From: a virus
Taxonomy: Duplodnaviria > Caudoviricetes
Length of the DNA stretch: 55,334 bases
IMG/VR virus record: IMGVR_UViG_3300044984_001537
Coordinates: 1 to 55,334 of that record
Reading direction: 5' to 3' (one strand)
Both the position numbers and the translations under genes were made by a program. Numbering within the stretch: position 1 is the stretch's first letter; every line of letters starts with the position of its first letter. Positions 18,031-28,429 of the stretch are shown here, one piece after another. A model generated the notes under the pieces. The model had not been told where the DNA came from. It made no database searches and worked only from the letters and a program-made list of their open reading frames with translations.

Positions 18031-18645
18031 ATGGCACGTTCAGCCGCTACAGACCCAGTACGTAACTTTAAATTTCAAGTAACTATCCAACCTACTGCTA
18101 ATAGTACTTTAGCAACAGTTCTTAATGGTATTGGTGACTTGGGGTTTGCTGCTATGACTGGTGTTTCAGTACAGCACCAAATGGTAGGTTACCGTGAAGG
18201 TGGAATGAATACCCATACCCATAAGCTAGTTGGTCAGTCTGACTTTGGCCCCATTACGTTTAGTCGTGGTGTTATTGCAGAACAAAGCCATTTGTGGAAA
18301 TGGTCTGAGTTTCTTCACTCATGGAACACTGCTACAGTAGGTGGTTCCGATTCTAATATTACTGGTGGTAATGACTACCGTTGTAACATTATGGTTAAAG
18401 TTTTTGATCATCCCCACTCAGTTGGTACCTACCAAGAATCAGGTACAACTAGTTCGGCAGCAAATAACTTGGGTAAAGTTCGCCTAGGTATTAAAATGTT
18501 TGATTGCTGGCCTGGTGCTTACACTTTGAGTGACCTTTCAGCGGGAGACTCTGGTATTATTGTGCAACAACTTACGGTACACCATGAAGGATTTAAGTTA
18601 GCATGGAATGCAACTGACATTTCAAACTTAGAAGCGTTAAACTAA
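18031..18645 (+). CDS. Tail tube protein (T4 gp19-like)
   Basis: DPVRNFKFQV, YREGG, ITFSRGV and CWP...SDL motifs. Confidence 0.93.
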   Translation: MARSAATDPVRNFKFQVTIQPTANSTLATVLNGIGDLGFAAMTGVSVQHQMVGYREGGMNTHTHKLVGQSDFGPITFSRGVIAEQSHLWKWSEFLHSWNTATVGGSDSNITGGNDYRCNIMVKVFDHPHSVGTYQESGTTSSAANNLGKVRLGIKMFDCWPGAYTLSDLSAGDSGIIVQQLTVHHEGFKLAWNATDISNLEALN

Positions 18646-18668
18646 ACCAAACATACAAGGAGTAAACA

Positions 18669-19463
18669 ATGAGTAATACAACTGAAGTTGAGTCTATGGA
18701 CGAAATGTTCAAAGACCCAGCCCCTGTTATTGCTGCCCCAGAATCTGTAATTGTAGAATTGCAAAGAGGCCTACTTAACCCTGTAACGGGTCAATGGCAA
18801 ACTACGGCAGAGGTTAGGGAGCTTAATGGTAAGGATGAAGAATTCTTAGCATCATTAGAAGGTAACAAAAACATTACTTATGCAATGTATGTTGGTACTT
18901 TGGTTAGTCGTGCAACTGTTCGTATTGGTGACACTCTTGTTAAAAACAACAAGAGTGTCATTGAAGAGTTGATTACGGGGGATAGAGACACTTTGTTAGT
19001 TGCTATCCTCAGAGCAACCTATGGTCCAGAGCGTACGTTTAAGTACCCTTGTAGTGCTTGTAAAACATCAAATGATGTAACTATCAACATTGAAGAAGAT
19101 TTTCCAATTCAAACAACCACGTTTAACTTGCGTGAACCCTTCAATGTCACCCTTAAAAATGGGGAAGCAATGAAGTTCAAGCTTCCTGTAGGTTCAGACA
19201 ACATTGCTATGTCAAAAGGTGAAAGTCTTGCTCAACAGAGCACTTTGCTTATTAGTCGTTGTGTAGTTTGGAAAGAACACAAGGATAGTTTGTATAGTGA
19301 AGAGTGGGCAAAAAACCTTGGTCTTCAAGACCGAAATGCTATCCTCTCAGCAATTTTAGGTCCCAAAGTAGGACCCAAGCTTGGGGAGGTGAATACCCAG
19401 TGCGCTACTTGTGGCGCTGATATTGTGATAAATGTAGACTGGGTATCCCTTCTACTTGCCTGA
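18669..19463 (+). CDS. Tail assembly chaperone / T4 gp26-like hub assembly protein
   Basis: VRELNGKDEE, GDRDTLL...RATYG and two CxxC pairs; between tube and tape measure. Confidence 0.75.
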   Translation: MSNTTEVESMDEMFKDPAPVIAAPESVIVELQRGLLNPVTGQWQTTAEVRELNGKDEEFLASLEGNKNITYAMYVGTLVSRATVRIGDTLVKNNKSVIEELITGDRDTLLVAILRATYGPERTFKYPCSACKTSNDVTINIEEDFPIQTTTFNLREPFNVTLKNGEAMKFKLPVGSDNIAMSKGESLAQQSTLLISRCVVWKEHKDSLYSEEWAKNLGLQDRNAILSAILGPKVGPKLGEVNTQCATCGADIVINVDWVSLLLA

Positions 19464-19611
19464 CCTAAAAAGTATATACTGGGAGTACGAAGGCGTAGCT
19501 ACTGTTTACAAAGGGTTTAGTTTAGATGATATACGGAGTATGACAATACGCCAAAGAGACTTTTGGTTCCGTATGGCTAAATGGAGAATATCTGATGGAG
19601 GCAGTAGCTAA
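19438..19611 (+). CDS. Second tail chaperone segment ('T'-like), open in the +1 frame, probably reached by frameshift
   Basis: Frame open from 19438 to TAA 19609-19611: PFYLPDLKSIYWEYEGVATVYKGFSLDDIRSMTIRQRDFWFRMAKWR...; stop overlaps the tape-measure ATG. Confidence 0.7.
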   Translation, partial: TGYPFYLPDLKSIYWEYEGVATVYKGFSLDDIRSMTIRQRDFWFRMAKWRISDGGSS

Positions 19612-22600
19612 TGACCGAAGATGAAATTAACAAATCAGTTTCCAAAGAAGCAGGGGCAATGGTCTCTTCTTCTGTTGGTATTAACGCTGATCTTTCATCT
19701 CTTAAGGGTCTTAAAGAGAGTATAAAAGGAATTAAGGAAGAAACTAAGGCGTTAGTTGACACACTGACAGAAGCCAGAAACATCCTTAAAGAGATGTATG
19801 AAAAGTATAATTTTTCTGCTACTTATGAAGTACACCAGGCTGGTTCTCAAGGTGGACAGTTTTCTACTGGTTCAACAACCCAAGCAGCTGGTACTAAAAC
19901 TGTAGGGACCTCACCTGGTAGGTCTCCTGACGTTCAACCTGCCCCTGATTCAGTATCTGCTGCTTTATCTGGGCAAAATGCTTTAGCTCAAGGCCGAGGG
20001 CAAGGTGGAGGTGGTGGGTTTTTTCAAAGAATAGCAGGGGGTGTTAATGCTGCCCCTGGTTATGAAAGTTTTAAAGGTGGTAGTGGTGCTATAGGTGGAA
20101 TACAACAGCTTACTGCTGGTGGTTTTTCAAAAGCTGGTAATTTTGCAAGCATGGCTGGTACTTTAGCCAAGACAGCAGTACAAGCTATTGATAACCGTGT
20201 AGAAGCCGGAAGAGACTACGCGCTTAATGCAGATAGATCTACACTCCAGATGCAGCAGTTAACAGGTATGAGCCAAGGTCAGGTAATGACTAACCTTAGA
20301 ATGCCCTTAACTGACTATAAGCTTGGTACTAATGGTATTAACCAGTTGATGGCCTTACAAGCCCGTACAGGTATCAATGCTGCCCAACAGGCATCAAGTG
20401 TTGAGATGATGAGAACCATTAGTGGATTCTCTATGGGAGCAGAAGGAGCCTCCAGTATCATTGAAAACCTTGCTGCTCCGGAAACAGTAAACAAGATGTT
20501 TATGATGACCGGTATGAGCCTTATTGGTCCAGGTGGGCAACAGAACAGTACTAAAGATATCATCCAAAATATTGCTAGAAAAGCTGGGTTAAATGATCCA
20601 GGTCTTGCAAAAACCGCCTCAGCTCCTGGATCTGTTACTAGAGCAACACTATCTTCTATGGGTGTTTCTGGGGACTTACAAGATCAAGTAATCCAGTACG
20701 CTCAATCTAATGTTGCCTTTAAGGGTAAGGGTGGCAAAGGGATGTACGATCCAACAAAAGAAGAAGATCGTAAACGCATGGGTATTGATGACACTTTTGC
20801 TATGGAAGCAGAAGAGACTGAACGCAAACGTGGAAAAAGAGATGAGCAGTTCTACCGAGACCAAGCTGGCTCATACGCAAAATTAGAACGACAGACCCAA
20901 CAGGTAACTGAAGCACTAGGAAAATTTGAACATGCACTTAAAGGCATTATTGGTGCAAGAACTGGTAACCGCATTGGTCAAAAGTTGCTCGGTGGTGCCT
21001 TAGGTTTTGCTGGTGCTGGAATAAGTATGCTTTCATTTGGTGCAGCAGCACCTATTGGCTTTGGCATGATGGCTGCCGGAGCAGCAATGGCTGGTGACCC
21101 AGTTTTGGATGAGTCAAGTCCCTTCTCTAGAAAGTCTGGGTTCTATGGGTTTGCTAGTACAACCCCTTCAATAGCTGGTAAGAGTGCTCCAAATATCACT
21201 CCTTCTAACCCTCTTGCTACTGACCCAGCTGTTCCGCAAGGTAAAGAGTTCTTTTTTCCTGAAAATTACGTCCCAGGAACTTTTGTTTTAGAAGGTACAG
21301 TAAGTAGTCATCAAACAGAAACTAAAATGGCTACTACAAACAAGTTTGCAAGTGAGAATCTAAACCCTGGTCTTAAAACATCTGTTGAAAACATGGCAAC
21401 AAAAGCTATGGAAGAAGCTGGCCTAGATCTAAAATTAAGCCCAGGTGGTGGGCGCAGAGACTTTTACCAACAGGCTAAAATGTTTACTGACCGTTACACA
21501 GACAAAGTTCCAGCAGGTACAACTACGTTTGTAGATAAATATGATGGTAAAACACGTAAGGTTATTAACTGGGGTGGTAAAAAATGGATGAAAAAAACAA
21601 ATGATAGCAACCCACCTGCAGCCCCTCCGGGTGAATCTCTTCATGAAATTGGTATGGCCGCTGACTTAGACCTATCTGACCCCAAAGTTAAAGCATGGGT
21701 TAAGCAGAACTTGTATAGGTTTGGTCTTACTACAGGTGAAGGTGAGGACCACCACGTTCAACTTGCCTGGACTAAGGGTATGAATGTACAAAAGTTCTTA
21801 GGAGAAACAGGGCTAAGTTTAGAGGAAGCATCAAAAAATGTTAGAGGTCGGGGTGTAAACTGGAACCAAAATATAAACCCTAGTTTTGGTGTTGACACTA
21901 GTGACTTCTCAGAAAAACTTTTAAAGAAATTTGGAACAAACATAACAACAGAAAAGTTGATGTGGTTAAGGGCCTGGACTAAAAAAGAAGGTGGAGGAGG
22001 TATGTACAACCCCTTCAACGTAGTATCTGGTAACAACCGCCGTACTATTGCTGGGCTTGATAGATCTGAAACTAACTACAACCAAAATGGTAACTATCCT
22101 GTTCAAAACTTTGATACCCTTGAACAAGGTCTTAACTACACTGCGCACCACTTAACGCGACATCAAACAGGTTTAATGAAAGTTATGATGCAACCAAATC
22201 CAACTATTGCTGATTTTAAGTCAGTAGCTAGTAGAAGTACTAGTGCTTCTAGTAGGGGTCTGATGTCAGTTATTGATAGTGTTGTTAACGAATATAACAC
22301 CGCAATAAAAAACAAAGACCTTCAAGGGTTATACCGTAACTATGGGAATTACTTTGGAGGAACTGCTATAACAGGCGACCCACAGCCAGAGGTGTCTCCT
22401 ATGAGTATCCCATCTTCCCCTATGGTTACATCAGGAGGGGGTTCACTTGGAGGAACTACTGTACATGAAGGTAGTACCATTACAATTGCCCCAGTTATTC
22501 ACATGACTGCATCTGGTTCTGGTGGGTCAATTAGTGAGTATGATTTAAGAACAATGGCTAAGCGTATATCTAAGTTAATTGAGCAAGAAACCAACATTAA

Positions 22601-22619
22601 TAAAATTAGGAGTATGTAA
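19611..22619 (+). CDS. Tape measure protein with M15 peptidase and a second, lysozyme-like domain
   Basis: Ala/Gly/Gln/Met-rich helical N-terminal half; SLHEIGMAADL and EDHHVQ (M15); AWTKKEGG..YNPFN...VQNFDTLEQG. Confidence 0.88.
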   Translation: MTEDEINKSVSKEAGAMVSSSVGINADLSSLKGLKESIKGIKEETKALVDTLTEARNILKEMYEKYNFSATYEVHQAGSQGGQFSTGSTTQAAGTKTVGTSPGRSPDVQPAPDSVSAALSGQNALAQGRGQGGGGGFFQRIAGGVNAAPGYESFKGGSGAIGGIQQLTAGGFSKAGNFASMAGTLAKTAVQAIDNRVEAGRDYALNADRSTLQMQQLTGMSQGQVMTNLRMPLTDYKLGTNGINQLMALQARTGINAAQQASSVEMMRTISGFSMGAEGASSIIENLAAPETVNKMFMMTGMSLIGPGGQQNSTKDIIQNIARKAGLNDPGLAKTASAPGSVTRATLSSMGVSGDLQDQVIQYAQSNVAFKGKGGKGMYDPTKEEDRKRMGIDDTFAMEAEETERKRGKRDEQFYRDQAGSYAKLERQTQQVTEALGKFEHALKGIIGARTGNRIGQKLLGGALGFAGAGISMLSFGAAAPIGFGMMAAGAAMAGDPVLDESSPFSRKSGFYGFASTTPSIAGKSAPNITPSNPLATDPAVPQGKEFFFPENYVPGTFVLEGTVSSHQTETKMATTNKFASENLNPGLKTSVENMATKAMEEAGLDLKLSPGGGRRDFYQQAKMFTDRYTDKVPAGTTTFVDKYDGKTRKVINWGGKKWMKKTNDSNPPAAPPGESLHEIGMAADLDLSDPKVKAWVKQNLYRFGLTTGEGEDHHVQLAWTKGMNVQKFLGETGLSLEEASKNVRGRGVNWNQNINPSFGVDTSDFSEKLLKKFGTNITTEKLMWLRAWTKKEGGGGMYNPFNVVSGNNRRTIAGLDRSETNYNQNGNYPVQNFDTLEQGLNYTAHHLTRHQTGLMKVMMQPNPTIADFKSVASRSTSASSRGLMSVIDSVVNEYNTAIKNKDLQGLYRNYGNYFGGTAITGDPQPEVSPMSIPSSPMVTSGGGSLGGTTVHEGSTITIAPVIHMTASGSGGSISEYDLRTMAKRISKLIEQETNINKIRSM

Positions 22620-24874
22620 TGACCTCATATAAAGATTATGCCGATTTATATGATTTTCTAGAACAAACTTCACCAGGTACTTCTAGGGGTGTTGGAGATA
22701 AGAAAGATGATGTATTAAATAAACCTTTTGCTTTTGATCCAAACCTTGTACGAACAGGCACTGTAAGAGTTGATAGTTCATTTGAAACTACTAATAGCAC
22801 AACAAGACTAACTCGTGGATTTATCCGAAACCTTATAACTGATCAAGGTGAAGGTCGAACAAGATTTCCAAACATGCGATGTAGGTTTCAGTTTAACCCA
22901 CAAGATATTGAACATGCAATTGAAGCACGTAAAGATATGTACTTACCAATCCTTCAAGACCCAAAGCAACTCACTCAACCTATGGCTGGAAATGCATCGT
23001 TTGCTTTTGAATTAATTTTTGATAGAACTACTGAAGTCAACAGTTCAACATCCCTTAGCTTTAAAGAAGATAACGCTGATGTACCAGATCAATCAAGCCC
23101 CCAGACTGTTGGGGTTTTTCATGACTTAAGAGTTTTGTATTCAATAATTGGGCAAGGGTTAAGTGCAGAGTTAATGAAAGCTCAAGAAGAAAAAACTAGA
23201 TCAGATATTGCGTACTACGCAAGTAGAAACTACTCTGAGTTAAATATACAAGTAGATGCAAGTACTGGTACAACTGAATATAATGGCGTAACCAAAGTTA
23301 ACGCAGAGGGTGACATTGAGACAGACACTAACTCTGCAAATTTAGCAGCATTTTTAAATGATATAAACAACCCATCTGGTGATGCAGCAACAAATTTAAG
23401 TTTTATGTCTAACATAAACATTGGAAACTCCGCTTTCCTAATACCTCAACCATGTCGGGTTATATTTTCTCCAATGTTTATGGTTGATGGTTTTGTAATG
23501 AACACACGAGTTTTATTTACAAAGTTTAGTGCAAAAATGATTCCAATACAATGCAAAGTATTTATACAGATGCAAGCAGTTTATCTTGGTTTTGCAAAAA
23601 ACAAAACATTTATTTCTCAACAACTTGCAGACACCGCTGCTGCAAACACGGATGGTCAACAATTTGCAGATTCTTCAAATTTTGAGATTACAAAAATTCT
23701 TGCTAAAAATTTAACAGCAATAAACGTTGGATATAGTAGTGACAAAAGAATTCTTGGTGACAATTCTGAAGCAACTTCTGAGTGGGCGTTAAGTACTGGT
23801 ACTAATAAAGAGGGTAGTAACAAGGCTGATTCAGGTCTTGTTTACCAACCAATATGGCTTTATGGAACTAAAAACTTTTGGTATAGACGACCTTATATTG
23901 TAGCTGAATCAGCAAGTATAAAAGACCCCACATTATCTTATGACCCTTCATATCGCATATCTTATGCCAACTCAATTACCACACCAAACTTTATGCCAGG
24001 CTTAACAGTTACTCTTGTTAGTAGTAAAAAAGAAAAAGATGAAATATCTAAAAAAGTGTTTGAAGCTTACGACAAAGAGACTCCAACTATTAAAATAAAT
24101 ATAGGTGCAAGAATTTACGGGCCATTTGCTACAAGTGCAGAGGCTACTTCTTTTAAAGTAAACAAACTTGGTGTGACACCTGGTGCTTATCCAGGTACAA
24201 ATGACTATCCAACAGGGGTAAAGTTACTTGGTAACTATTTTGTTGGAGCCAACATTGCTAGCAAAGAAGCATGGGAAGATTTTGCTGATGGCCCTCATGA
24301 CTTCCTGCTATCTTCAACCTCTCCTAATTCTAACTTCTTTAATGATTCTAACCAAGCTGCCAACCCAATTACCCCATCAACTACTAACAGCTCTAATGTT
24401 TCTGCTTTTAGTTCGATAGTTAGCTCTATTAGTACATATGTGAGTGGGTTGACTGGTACTGCTACTCAAAAAAGTAATGACACAACACAGTTAACAAGAC
24501 TGTATCGTGCTTCTTATGCTTCTCCTCAAGAGAACACTAACCCAAGATGGGATAGTACTCTTGATGGTACTAATGTTACTTATGGTTCCAGTACATTTCC
24601 AGCAGGAACGTATAACACACTACCGGACTCATTACTATCGGTAGCTAATACCGTACATGGTTTAAATAACAAATATTTTGTGGTAGTTACTGAAACATCC
24701 TTAGAAATAAAAGTACTAACTGTAGCTAATGCTGGCACTATACCCTTTTCATTAGTTACCACTAGGGTGGCTGATGTACTACAAGGGTCAACTATTAATT
24801 ATGTAGCGTCAGCTAGACAAGTCTACCCGTCTGCACAGGGTCTTTTGGCTGGACCAATTGGATCTGTAATATGA
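22619..24874 (+). CDS. Baseplate tube-initiator-like protein with long C-terminal extension
   Basis: RFQFNP, FELIFDRT and FTKFSAKMIPIQC motifs; follows the tape measure. Confidence 0.7.
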   Translation: MTSYKDYADLYDFLEQTSPGTSRGVGDKKDDVLNKPFAFDPNLVRTGTVRVDSSFETTNSTTRLTRGFIRNLITDQGEGRTRFPNMRCRFQFNPQDIEHAIEARKDMYLPILQDPKQLTQPMAGNASFAFELIFDRTTEVNSSTSLSFKEDNADVPDQSSPQTVGVFHDLRVLYSIIGQGLSAELMKAQEEKTRSDIAYYASRNYSELNIQVDASTGTTEYNGVTKVNAEGDIETDTNSANLAAFLNDINNPSGDAATNLSFMSNINIGNSAFLIPQPCRVIFSPMFMVDGFVMNTRVLFTKFSAKMIPIQCKVFIQMQAVYLGFAKNKTFISQQLADTAAANTDGQQFADSSNFEITKILAKNLTAINVGYSSDKRILGDNSEATSEWALSTGTNKEGSNKADSGLVYQPIWLYGTKNFWYRRPYIVAESASIKDPTLSYDPSYRISYANSITTPNFMPGLTVTLVSSKKEKDEISKKVFEAYDKETPTIKINIGARIYGPFATSAEATSFKVNKLGVTPGAYPGTNDYPTGVKLLGNYFVGANIASKEAWEDFADGPHDFLLSSTSPNSNFFNDSNQAANPITPSTTNSSNVSAFSSIVSSISTYVSGLTGTATQKSNDTTQLTRLYRASYASPQENTNPRWDSTLDGTNVTYGSSTFPAGTYNTLPDSLLSVANTVHGLNNKYFVVVTETSLEIKVLTVANAGTIPFSLVTTRVADVLQGSTINYVASARQVYPSAQGLLAGPIGSVI

Positions 24875-25116
24875 AAACTCAGTACCTATCAACAGATAGA
24901 TATAGCCTAGATGCTTCTGGTCAAACAGCTTCTAGAACAAGGTTTGCTAGTAGTCAGTATGTTGCGTATACCTCTCAACAGGGTGACACTTTCATGTCGC
25001 TTAGCATACGTTTTTTAAGCGACCAAACAAGATATTGGGAAATTGCAGATATTAACCCACAAGTTCAATGGCCTGACAACATACCGGTTGGTACACCCTT
25101 ACGGATACCCCTATGA
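24871..25116 (+). CDS. LysM-like baseplate protein
   Basis: YTSQQGDTF..LS...YWEIADINP...IPVGTPLRIP. Confidence 0.85.
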   Translation: MKTQYLSTDRYSLDASGQTASRTRFASSQYVAYTSQQGDTFMSLSIRFLSDQTRYWEIADINPQVQWPDNIPVGTPLRIPL

Positions 25117-26273
25117 TAACAGCCTCTTCAAATTCGCTTGCTGGAGATTGCACCTTTGTTCTTTTTGGGTCTCCAGTTATGTACAACTCTATAACGGAGT
25201 ATGAGCTAACTTTATCAGAAAATAAACATGACATGCTAATAGTTACTATGGCTGGGATACCACCGTTAGCATTAACGGATTATATTGGTTCTCCAGTTCA
25301 ATTTTCTGTGGGGTCTTCACCTGGTAGAAGCCAAATATTTAATGGGTATGTTTCATACACTGAACCTGTTACACATAATAGGGATGGTGCAGTTAATGAT
25401 AGCCCTATACAGTTAGCTAGATTGCATTGCCTTGGAGCATCCTATGTGATGAAAGAGATTAACTCAAAAGTTTGGGATTATCCTACTTTAGAAGATATTG
25501 TAACTGAGATATCTAATCGTCATCGTTTTAGTATTGACTATCCAAAAGATGGGTATAGGCCAGTAAGACTAGTGCAGTCAATGGAAAGTGATTGGGTGTT
25601 TTTAAATAGAGTGTGTAAAACTTTTGGGTATTCTTTTAATGTACATGGAACTCATATTCACATTTGGGATAGGTTAAAAACATTTGGAAGATTCCCTTCT
25701 TACCATAGGGCACTAACCAGCAATAAAGTGCAGTCTAACCAACCATTTTCTGTCTTAAATTTTGAAGCAACTTTAGGTAGAATATCATCAAATTCTAATG
25801 CTAGTAAATCAGTTATTACTGTTTTAGATAATCAAAATAATGTGCATACAGTTACTTCTGATGGAACTGAATTTACTCCAGGAGCAAGTTCTTTAAACAA
25901 ACTTTTTAAAAAGCCACTTTACTATTCTGCAGCATCTTTAGAGGAGGGTTTAAGAACGGTAGATTCTCAAGATAAATATAGCCCTATATACAATGCAAAC
26001 ATGAAAGTTATGTATGGCGCGGGTGCTGTGCCAGGAGGTATTGTTGATCTACGTGGGTACTCTTCTGAGTTTGATGGTGCGTGGTATATCACTGAAGTTA
26101 AACATTCTGTTAAATCAGCAAACTATGTTACAGATTTACTTATATCAAAAGACACTAAATTTGAAGAATACCCAAGTGCTTCTAAGGTAACCGCTTTCTC
26201 TGCACCACCGGAAGCTAAACTTATGGGTGATAAATGGATAACAGCAACAATGAGGTCGGTAGAATATGCCTAG
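25113..26273 (+). CDS. Baseplate hub (P2 gpD/gp27-like)
   Basis: FNGYV, QSMESDWVFLNR and FDGAWYITEVKH motifs. Confidence 0.85.
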   Translation: MITASSNSLAGDCTFVLFGSPVMYNSITEYELTLSENKHDMLIVTMAGIPPLALTDYIGSPVQFSVGSSPGRSQIFNGYVSYTEPVTHNRDGAVNDSPIQLARLHCLGASYVMKEINSKVWDYPTLEDIVTEISNRHRFSIDYPKDGYRPVRLVQSMESDWVFLNRVCKTFGYSFNVHGTHIHIWDRLKTFGRFPSYHRALTSNKVQSNQPFSVLNFEATLGRISSNSNASKSVITVLDNQNNVHTVTSDGTEFTPGASSLNKLFKKPLYYSAASLEEGLRTVDSQDKYSPIYNANMKVMYGAGAVPGGIVDLRGYSSEFDGAWYITEVKHSVKSANYVTDLLISKDTKFEEYPSASKVTAFSAPPEAKLMGDKWITATMRSVEYA

Positions 26274-26529
26274 TTCAGACATGACATTACATAGGGCCCT
26301 TGTGGTAAGGGCACTAGACCAAGAAGTACTTGTAAAAATACCTACAGTTCTTGGTGCAAATGAAGCTATTACTGTACATAAACCAAATGCTATTGGTGAC
26401 GAGTGGCCTCCTTCCGAAGGTGACCAGCTGTTGGTTGCCGTAGAGGGAGAAAACTTTAATAAAGTGTATGTAGTATGCAACATCACTGATACTTCTGTTA
26501 CAAAAAATATTAATGGTGGAAACGCATGA
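26266..26529 (+). CDS. Short baseplate spike (gpV OB-fold only)
   Basis: HRALVV...VLVKIP...PSEGDQLLVAVEG. Confidence 0.7.
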   Translation: MPSSDMTLHRALVVRALDQEVLVKIPTVLGANEAITVHKPNAIGDEWPPSEGDQLLVAVEGENFNKVYVVCNITDTSVTKNINGGNA

Positions 26530-26542
26530 TTAGGAGAACACC

Positions 26543-26941
26543 ATGACATCAATTAAAACACCCTTTACTTTTGTTGGTGGAAAAGTAGCAGCAACTAAAG
26601 ATGTTGCTACTGTTATAAACCAAAAAATAGAAAATGTATTAAATACACAAAAGTTAGAAAGAATACTAAACCCAAGTTATGGAAGTACAGTTGCGTCATT
26701 AATTAATGAAATCCCAGATGAACTAATGCTGGTTGACGCTAAAATTGACGCTCTTATGGATCTTGAAGATGGTATAAAAAATGCGACTATACTAGATATG
26801 TGGTTTGATGCCTCGTCTATAACAAGTTCTGATCCTACACTTAACGTGTACATTACATATCGTCTTCCTCTGGGTGTTGTACAAAGAAGCAATATAAAGA
26901 TAGCTGTTCCTGGTTTAATTACTGAAGATACGATTGTGTAA
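26543..26941 (+). CDS. Baseplate wedge/sheath initiator (gp25/gpW-like)
   Basis: LNTQKLERILNPSYGS motif; synteny. Confidence 0.85.
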   Translation: MTSIKTPFTFVGGKVAATKDVATVINQKIENVLNTQKLERILNPSYGSTVASLINEIPDELMLVDAKIDALMDLEDGIKNATILDMWFDASSITSSDPTLNVYITYRLPLGVVQRSNIKIAVPGLITEDTIV

Positions 26942-26949
26942 GGTGAAAA

Positions 26950-28422
26950 ATGGCAACTGAACAAACATTTAACTATGCGAGTAGAACATACTCAACTATC
27001 CGTCAAGATTTGTTGACTAGAGCAAATAAAGTAGCCCCAGAATGGACTGACCGAGATCCTTCTGACTTTGGTATGTTATTTGTAGACTTATGGTCTTATA
27101 TGGGGGATATCCTACATTATTATGTAGATAGAGCTGGTCGTGAATCTTTCATAAGCACTGCCACGCAAAGAGAAAGCCTTGTTGCATACGCAAATATGTT
27201 TGGGTATATTCCTAGTGGTCGAGCTTCCTCAATAGCAACTGTTTATATAGCAAACAGCTCGTCTGCAAGTTCATACAGTATCCCTGCAGGTACTAGATTT
27301 TCTGCAGTGTCAGACAATAAAACTTACTATTTTTATAACATTGATGATGCTACGGTTGGACCCAGTGTAAGTGCTGCAGTTACACTTTTTGAAGGAACTC
27401 AAGTTGTTGATGAAATACTGTCCACTTCAGCAAGCGGAGCCCCAAATCAATCATACATTCTTGGGTATTCCGACGCAGATATGAAAACAACATCAGTGTA
27501 TGTAACTGAAGATGGAGTTAAAACATTATGGTTAAGATACTCATCTGTACAAGAAATTCCTAAAAATGCTAGAGGGTTTGTTGTTTCGTTGGCCGCATCT
27601 GGAGATGTGCGTGTTACTTTTGGTAACCGTACAAATGGTTTTATTCCCCCTTCTGGATCAACTATTACAATTAACTACACTAGAAGTTCTGGATTAAATG
27701 GAAATATTGGTAGCAATCTAATTAGTAGTTTTGTTAGTAGTACCCCTTCATACATAACTATTACTAGTTCAACCTCAGCTACTGGTGGTAGCAATGGAGA
27801 AACCGCAGAGACTCTTAAAAATAATATTGTGTCGTATATGCGCACACAAGACAGAGCCGTAACGCTTGTTGATTACGCTGACATTACTAAATCGGTTAAT
27901 GGTGTTTACAAAGCTGTTGCAACATACACCCCAACAGCAGGTGCAAACGCTTCAGTAAACCTTTATGCACTCCCATACACCAGTGACTTTTTAACAATGA
28001 CTGGGTATTCAATAGCAGTTCCTACTACTTTGAGAACTTCAATATTATCATTTGTAACCCCAAGATCTATGCTGGGTGTTACGCCAGTTGCGGTATCCTC
28101 AATACCCGTAGTTAGATTAGATATAACAATAACTGTTACTGTGTCTGACGGTTTTGTAAGAAGTTGGGTTGAAACAAATGTAAAAAATGCAATTGATGGT
28201 TTGCTGGATTTTGATAACACAGACTTTGGTAAGCAACTTAGAAAATCAGAAGTATACAAAGCTATAATGGCACTAGATGGCATAGACTATATAGACATTA
28301 CTGGTTTTGAAATGAGAAGTTCTGATGCTGGTTCTGGGAATATAGTAACTACTTTAGATCCAGCTAGTCTTTTAAGAAAAGGAAATATAGGGTTAACTAT
28401 GCTTTCAGGAATGAGCGTGTAG
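26950..28422 (+). CDS. Baseplate J-like wedge protein
   Basis: WTDRDPSDFG, ESFISTATQRES, VTFGN..NG.IP and RAVTLVDY motifs. Confidence 0.92.
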   Translation: MATEQTFNYASRTYSTIRQDLLTRANKVAPEWTDRDPSDFGMLFVDLWSYMGDILHYYVDRAGRESFISTATQRESLVAYANMFGYIPSGRASSIATVYIANSSSASSYSIPAGTRFSAVSDNKTYYFYNIDDATVGPSVSAAVTLFEGTQVVDEILSTSASGAPNQSYILGYSDADMKTTSVYVTEDGVKTLWLRYSSVQEIPKNARGFVVSLAASGDVRVTFGNRTNGFIPPSGSTITINYTRSSGLNGNIGSNLISSFVSSTPSYITITSSTSATGGSNGETAETLKNNIVSYMRTQDRAVTLVDYADITKSVNGVYKAVATYTPTAGANASVNLYALPYTSDFLTMTGYSIAVPTTLRTSILSFVTPRSMLGVTPVAVSSIPVVRLDITITVTVSDGFVRSWVETNVKNAIDGLLDFDNTDFGKQLRKSEVYKAIMALDGIDYIDITGFEMRSSDAGSGNIVTTLDPASLLRKGNIGLTMLSGMSV

Positions 28423-28429
28423 TAAAAAA

